Source of the DNA: Pseudomonadota bacterium
Lineage (GTDB): Bacteria > Campylobacterota > Campylobacteria > Campylobacterales > Sulfurimonadaceae
DNA length: 64,000 nt
Direction: 5' to 3'
Assembly: GCA_043797085.1 (NCBI GenBank)
Contig: JAZDQA010000004.1
Location: 128,419-192,418, forward strand
The translations under genes were made by a program, and so were the position numbers. Shown here in pieces: positions 60,246-64,000 of this stretch. The notes under the pieces are model-generated. The model was not told where the DNA came from. It was given only the letters and a program-made list of their open reading frames with translations, and did not search any database. How positions within the stretch are numbered: position 1 is the first letter of the stretch; every line of letters begins with the position of its first letter.

Positions 60246-61778
60246 TCATGCCGGCAGAATTGCTTCGCTTGGATTGTTCGGATAGATTTCCCTTTTGGCA
60301 AATATAGGTTCATTTGCCTTGGTTTTTCGTGGATTGATGACTTTGCCTTCTGCATTCACATACCGTACATCGTTACCGTCTCCGCCATCGGGACTGTCTT
60401 TTAAAATCACATCCGCAAAGAATCGGGTATGCCCATCGTAATGGGTATCCATTTCCGCTGGGTCAACCGCAGAGTGGTGACGGTACGTCTCTTTGAATAC
60501 TTCGATATTGTTAAATGACATCGCATCCATACGATTGGCTTTTGTATGGGTATCAAACTCACTCATCTCTTTGGGGATTTGATGCACCGCGTCCTGAGGT
60601 ATTGGATTGAAAGGTACATCATTTTCCAATGCAATTTCATGCATACGATGCAGAGTTATTGTCGTCAATGCATTGGAAATCTTTCGATCCCAATGAGCGA
60701 CTACTTTGTGCTGTTCGTTCTCACGTGAGCCGGTTGAATAGCGTTTTACTTCCCAATAATGCGGAAGTTTTTTTTCTTCTGTATCTGCCGCCATTTTTGC
60801 ATCAAAGTAAGAACCATATACTCCTACATCATAACTGTGTGGCTCGGTTTCGCTAGGCAAATATCCCCCTCCGATATCCGAGTGTACTCCCGGATACATC
60901 ATCTCTTCATGTGCTCCACCAAGATTGATAGCACTGAGGGGAAAGTTTTTACGTACTTCATCATGCGCCACCATATGAACGATTTTTTTAGCTGATTCGC
61001 CCGCGAGATTAAAGTTGTAGGGTTCATACAAAACCTCTTCTTTTTCACACGTAACCTGATAAAAGGAACTGCCGACAGGTTCTGAGGTATGTACCTTCCA
61101 TCCTTGGCTCTCGTATTGCTTCACGATCCTATCACGTTCTGCTTCACTGGCAGCCGTAAAATTTTGAGTCACCTTCTGCGGTCCCTCATGCTCTACGATG
61201 CCATAATAACCGTTATTTAACTCACCGGATTTAGTATCGGATTCGCTTTGTTTGGTGGGGTCATTCGGTTTTAGATTGATATTATTTCCTGCGATTCCGA
61301 ATGATCCGACGGTATCGTAAACACCGACGAAATTGAAGATGACATTTTCTTCTTTCCATAATTTATTATTATAGTAAAAAGTATTTATAAAATCTCTTGC
61401 CTCCGCAGCTCCACGGCTAAATCCAAAGACATCGACTCTGCGTTCTTTGTATTGTCCCGGATCAGTTCCTGACGGATGATCATTTAAAAACTGATTTACT
61501 TTTTTAAGTGCTTGGTTGATACGTAGTGCACCGCCTCCACCGCCCCCTTTGTCATATTTGTCTTGCACGATATGACGCTCTCCGTCGGTCGTGCCGACGC
61601 CGTTTTTATAGATCATGACACTTTTATGTTCGAATTCAGCATCTTTCCAAGTATCACTGTTTTTATAGAGCTCACTCAGCTTGGCGATATTGCTCATAGC
61701 TTCTTTACTTCTGTCGTTTTCTTTGTTATTTCCGGTTCCGTCAAAAAAGACTCCGATATGCAATATTTTACACGCCAT
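60246..61778 (-). CDS. T6SS phospholipase effector, Tle1/DUF2235
   Basis: FFDGTGNN, SNIAKL, GFSRG nucleophile motif, VYDTV, DEVR.NFPL, PGVHSDIGGGY. Confidence 0.88.
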   Translation of the reverse strand: MACKILHIGVFFDGTGNNKENDRSKEAMSNIAKLSELYKNSDTWKDAEFEHKSVMIYKNGVGTTDGERHIVQDKYDKGGGGGGALRINQALKKVNQFLNDHPSGTDPGQYKERRVDVFGFSRGAAEARDFINTFYYNNKLWKEENVIFNFVGVYDTVGSFGIAGNNINLKPNDPTKQSESDTKSGELNNGYYGIVEHEGPQKVTQNFTAASEAERDRIVKQYESQGWKVHTSEPVGSSFYQVTCEKEEVLYEPYNFNLAGESAKKIVHMVAHDEVRKNFPLSAINLGGAHEEMMYPGVHSDIGGGYLPSETEPHSYDVGVYGSYFDAKMAADTEEKKLPHYWEVKRYSTGSRENEQHKVVAHWDRKISNALTTITLHRMHEIALENDVPFNPIPQDAVHQIPKEMSEFDTHTKANRMDAMSFNNIEVFKETYRHHSAVDPAEMDTHYDGHTRFFADVILKDSPDGGDGNDVRYVNAEGKVINPRKTKANEPIFAKREIYPNNPSEAILPA

Positions 61779-61787
61779 ACCGATTCC

Positions 61788-62543
61788 TCACTGATTCAAT
61801 CGTGGAACAGGACGGTTAGGGTATGGTAAAAATCGTAACGCATCACGTAAAAGCCAATCTGTGAATCTAAGTTTATCTTTAGTGTAATCTTTTTCAAAAA
61901 TGGTAAAGTCAATATAATCGACTGCTTTGCCTGCATAAGCACCATAAGAACTATCAGGTTGTGAAATGAAATTAACAATCTGTTGATATTTCGGATCACT
62001 ATCAAAGTTAAGCCCGATACGTGCACACAGCTCTACAAGTTGATTACTTTCTCTGAGACTTTTGTTATACCCATATTTATCCGCTTTCGCCATAGCAAGC
62101 CGTATCCATCGGTGGCGCACTTTTTTCGGTGTATCTTTCCAGAATCCTGGAAACTCTTTTTCCAAATCGCTTTCCATCTCTTTGATAAAGTTTTTACGTC
62201 TCACACTCTCAAAAAATGCTTCATCCTTTTCAGTTACCGTGTAGTGTCCCATTTGTTTCTCCAAATCGTCATATTTTTTTATGAGATCGTTACGATGTTT
62301 GGTATCGTAGTCGGTTACCTCATATTGTTCCATCTCATGTGCATCACCCTCACCTTGCCAACTCACATCGATACTCTCAGGCAGACATTCGAACTTTACA
62401 TCCGTACAGGGTCTACCTTTTGGAAATTGAGTTTTATCGTGAAACACACTGGTCGATGGATGCACTTTGACCGTTGGTGTCTGCGGTGTATTTGCACATG
62501 CACTGAAAAGCAGTAGCGGCAGTAGCAGTAAAAAATAGTTCAT
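61788..62543 (-). CDS. Lipoprotein, probable cognate immunity protein
   Basis: Lipobox FSAC; lies immediately upstream of tle1. Confidence 0.6.
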   Translation of the reverse strand: MNYFLLLLPLLLFSACANTPQTPTVKVHPSTSVFHDKTQFPKGRPCTDVKFECLPESIDVSWQGEGDAHEMEQYEVTDYDTKHRNDLIKKYDDLEKQMGHYTVTEKDEAFFESVRRKNFIKEMESDLEKEFPGFWKDTPKKVRHRWIRLAMAKADKYGYNKSLRESNQLVELCARIGLNFDSDPKYQQIVNFISQPDSSYGAYAGKAVDYIDFTIFEKDYTKDKLRFTDWLLRDALRFLPYPNRPVPRLNQ

Positions 62544-63100
62544 GAATTCTTTCCTTCAATAGACAAATCAAACATCTCTTTGTGAAGTTGGTTTTCTGAC
62601 AAGGTATAGCAATACAATCGATTTGGATCATACTCATCTTCGCAGTAATAACACTCAATGTCGTGAAAAAAATGGTGTTGTTGTATAAAAGGGCTGTGTT
62701 TAATCACTTCAGTAAAAATACTCGGTCGATAAAAGCGCAAATAGCCTTTTCCTGCTTCAGGAGAATGGATGACAAAAAGCTCGCGCATTTTTTGCAATGC
62801 TTCCGAATAAGTCAGATGTGTAGAGAAAAATATACATCCGTCGTGTCCATAGTAGTTTAGAAGTTTGTCTACATAGAGGTTACGCAATGATATATGAACC
62901 AAATAAGGGGCGACGTTATTCATCGAAACAGCCAATGTCTCATCTTCGAATAATGAGGTATGTGTAAAGTTCCATTCACATTCCAGATTAATCCATAGCT
63001 TTTCATAGACAACTCCGTCAAAAATACCGTAGACATAGAGTGGCTTATCTGGTGATGGTGTATCGTAGTTTTCCAAATACCAACGCAATGTTTTGATCAT
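62540..63100 (-). CDS. DUF4123 T6SS effector chaperone (Tap/Tec)
   Basis: YGIFDG, SLF, VAPYLV, LRFYRP motifs. Start at ATG 63100 overlaps the vgrG stop (ATGA). Confidence 0.85.
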   Translation of the reverse strand: MIKTLRWYLENYDTPSPDKPLYVYGIFDGVVYEKLWINLECEWNFTHTSLFEDETLAVSMNNVAPYLVHISLRNLYVDKLLNYYGHDGCIFFSTHLTYSEALQKMRELFVIHSPEAGKGYLRFYRPSIFTEVIKHSPFIQQHHFFHDIECYYCEDEYDPNRLYCYTLSENQLHKEMFDLSIEGKNS

Positions 63101-64000
63101 GCTGATGTACCTTTCATAGCGTTCAGTAAACATTCCCAACAAATAGCATCATTACTCATCCATACTTTCGGTATGGCTTGATCGATATAGACTTTTGCCC
63201 CTATAACTTCGATATGTTCAGTTCCGGTAATATCAATACCATTACCGTCAACAATAATCGTTCCGTTGGCATACATTGTGATAGAACTACCACCTACTGT
63301 AATCTCATACTTCTCCCCCACAATCGTATGCTTTAATACACCCACCTCTTCGGTAAAGGTCAGCCCCACCGTTTCATTCTTACTAGCCCCGACTGATACT
63401 TGATACCCGGCACCAATGCTGAGAGCTTTGGCGATATCTATCGTTTCAGTCTTGCTTTTATTGACTCTCTCAGTTCTGTATCCGTGGATGGTGACGTCTT
63501 CGTTATTATAGACTGTCTCACTGCGGTCATGTTGGATATGTTCGGTTGCGTCGTGAAGGACTAGGAGGCTGTAATCTTTTTGGGCTCGCATATTGAACTG
63601 TTCATTGTTTTGAGCATCTTCGAAGAGGATCTCGTTGTACCCTTCGGTGTCTTTGTATTGAGGGGTAGTTTGGGTTTTGATATAGGATTGGGTTTTGGTG
63701 TTTGGGAGATCGTAAGGTATGGTATTTTCACCGTTATGTAGCATTCCTATAATAATGGGTCTGTCTATATTACCGTTGATGTAACTGATGATGACTTCAC
63801 TGTTTACTCGGGGGAGGAATCGCATTCCGTAGTGGTCACCTGCGTAGAGGGTGTTGAGGGGAATGTAACAGGTTGTGGGGTATTTGGGATCGAAGTGCAT
63901 GATGACTCGGATCTCTCCTTTAGCGTTAACGTCTATTTCGTTAGCACCTTTGGTGGTCTCTTTATCACCCTTGGAGACGATGGCGGTGTGGACACCTTCT
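63097..64000 (-). CDS. vgrG: VgrG spike protein (5' part outside window)
   Basis: Frame is open to the window edge (GVHTAIV...EIDVNAKGEIRV); FLPRV.SEV...NG.IDRP, YNEI.FED, AQKD, gp5 beta-helix repeats, CWECL tail. Confidence 0.92.
   Translation of the reverse strand, partial: EGVHTAIVSKGDKETTKGANEIDVNAKGEIRVIMHFDPKYPTTCYIPLNTLYAGDHYGMRFLPRVNSEVIISYINGNIDRPIIIGMLHNGENTIPYDLPNTKTQSYIKTQTTPQYKDTEGYNEILFEDAQNNEQFNMRAQKDYSLLVLHDATEHIQHDRSETVYNNEDVTIHGYRTERVNKSKTETIDIAKALSIGAGYQVSVGASKNETVGLTFTEEVGVLKHTIVGEKYEITVGGSSITMYANGTIIVDGNGIDITGTEHIEVIGAKVYIDQAIPKVWMSNDAICWECLLNAMKGTSA

Noticed and set aside
61983..62516. 177-aa plus-strand ORF and the many other short antisense or nested ORFs
   Set aside because: They shadow well-supported genes and have no motifs.

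Overview
AT-rich Campylobacterota (Epsilonproteobacteria) chromosome segment. Gene content and order look Sulfuricurvum/Sulfurimonas-like, which is an inference. Most of the window is housekeeping: gltX-yggT-slt-mobB-fbp-metG, queC, ybeY, mrdA to nadK, tgt, lpxD, ilv genes and gltA. Five accessory parts stand out. (1) A denitrification locus (nirS, a DNR/NssR-type Crp/Fnr regulator and a TonB receptor), plus three correctly spaced FNR-box promoters, one 52 kb away in front of a cytochrome c. (2) A group 1 [NiFe]-hydrogenase whose small subunit is fused to a NirB-like FAD/NAD(P)H-BFD module and keeps an apparently dead Tat leader, predicting a cytoplasmic pyridine-nucleotide-linked enzyme. (3) A 5.4-kb element integrated in tRNA-Glu, with 25-bp att repeats, integrase, Xis-like protein, Rep_trans initiator and origin hairpins, carrying a DGQHR/DndB-like + HEPN-like gene pair (candidate anti-phage system). 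(4) A MarR-controlled AaeXAB/TolC-type efflux operon. (5) A T6SS effector module (vgrG-DUF4123-lipoprotein-Tle1) running off the right edge. All calls come from reading motifs by eye; no database searches were run.
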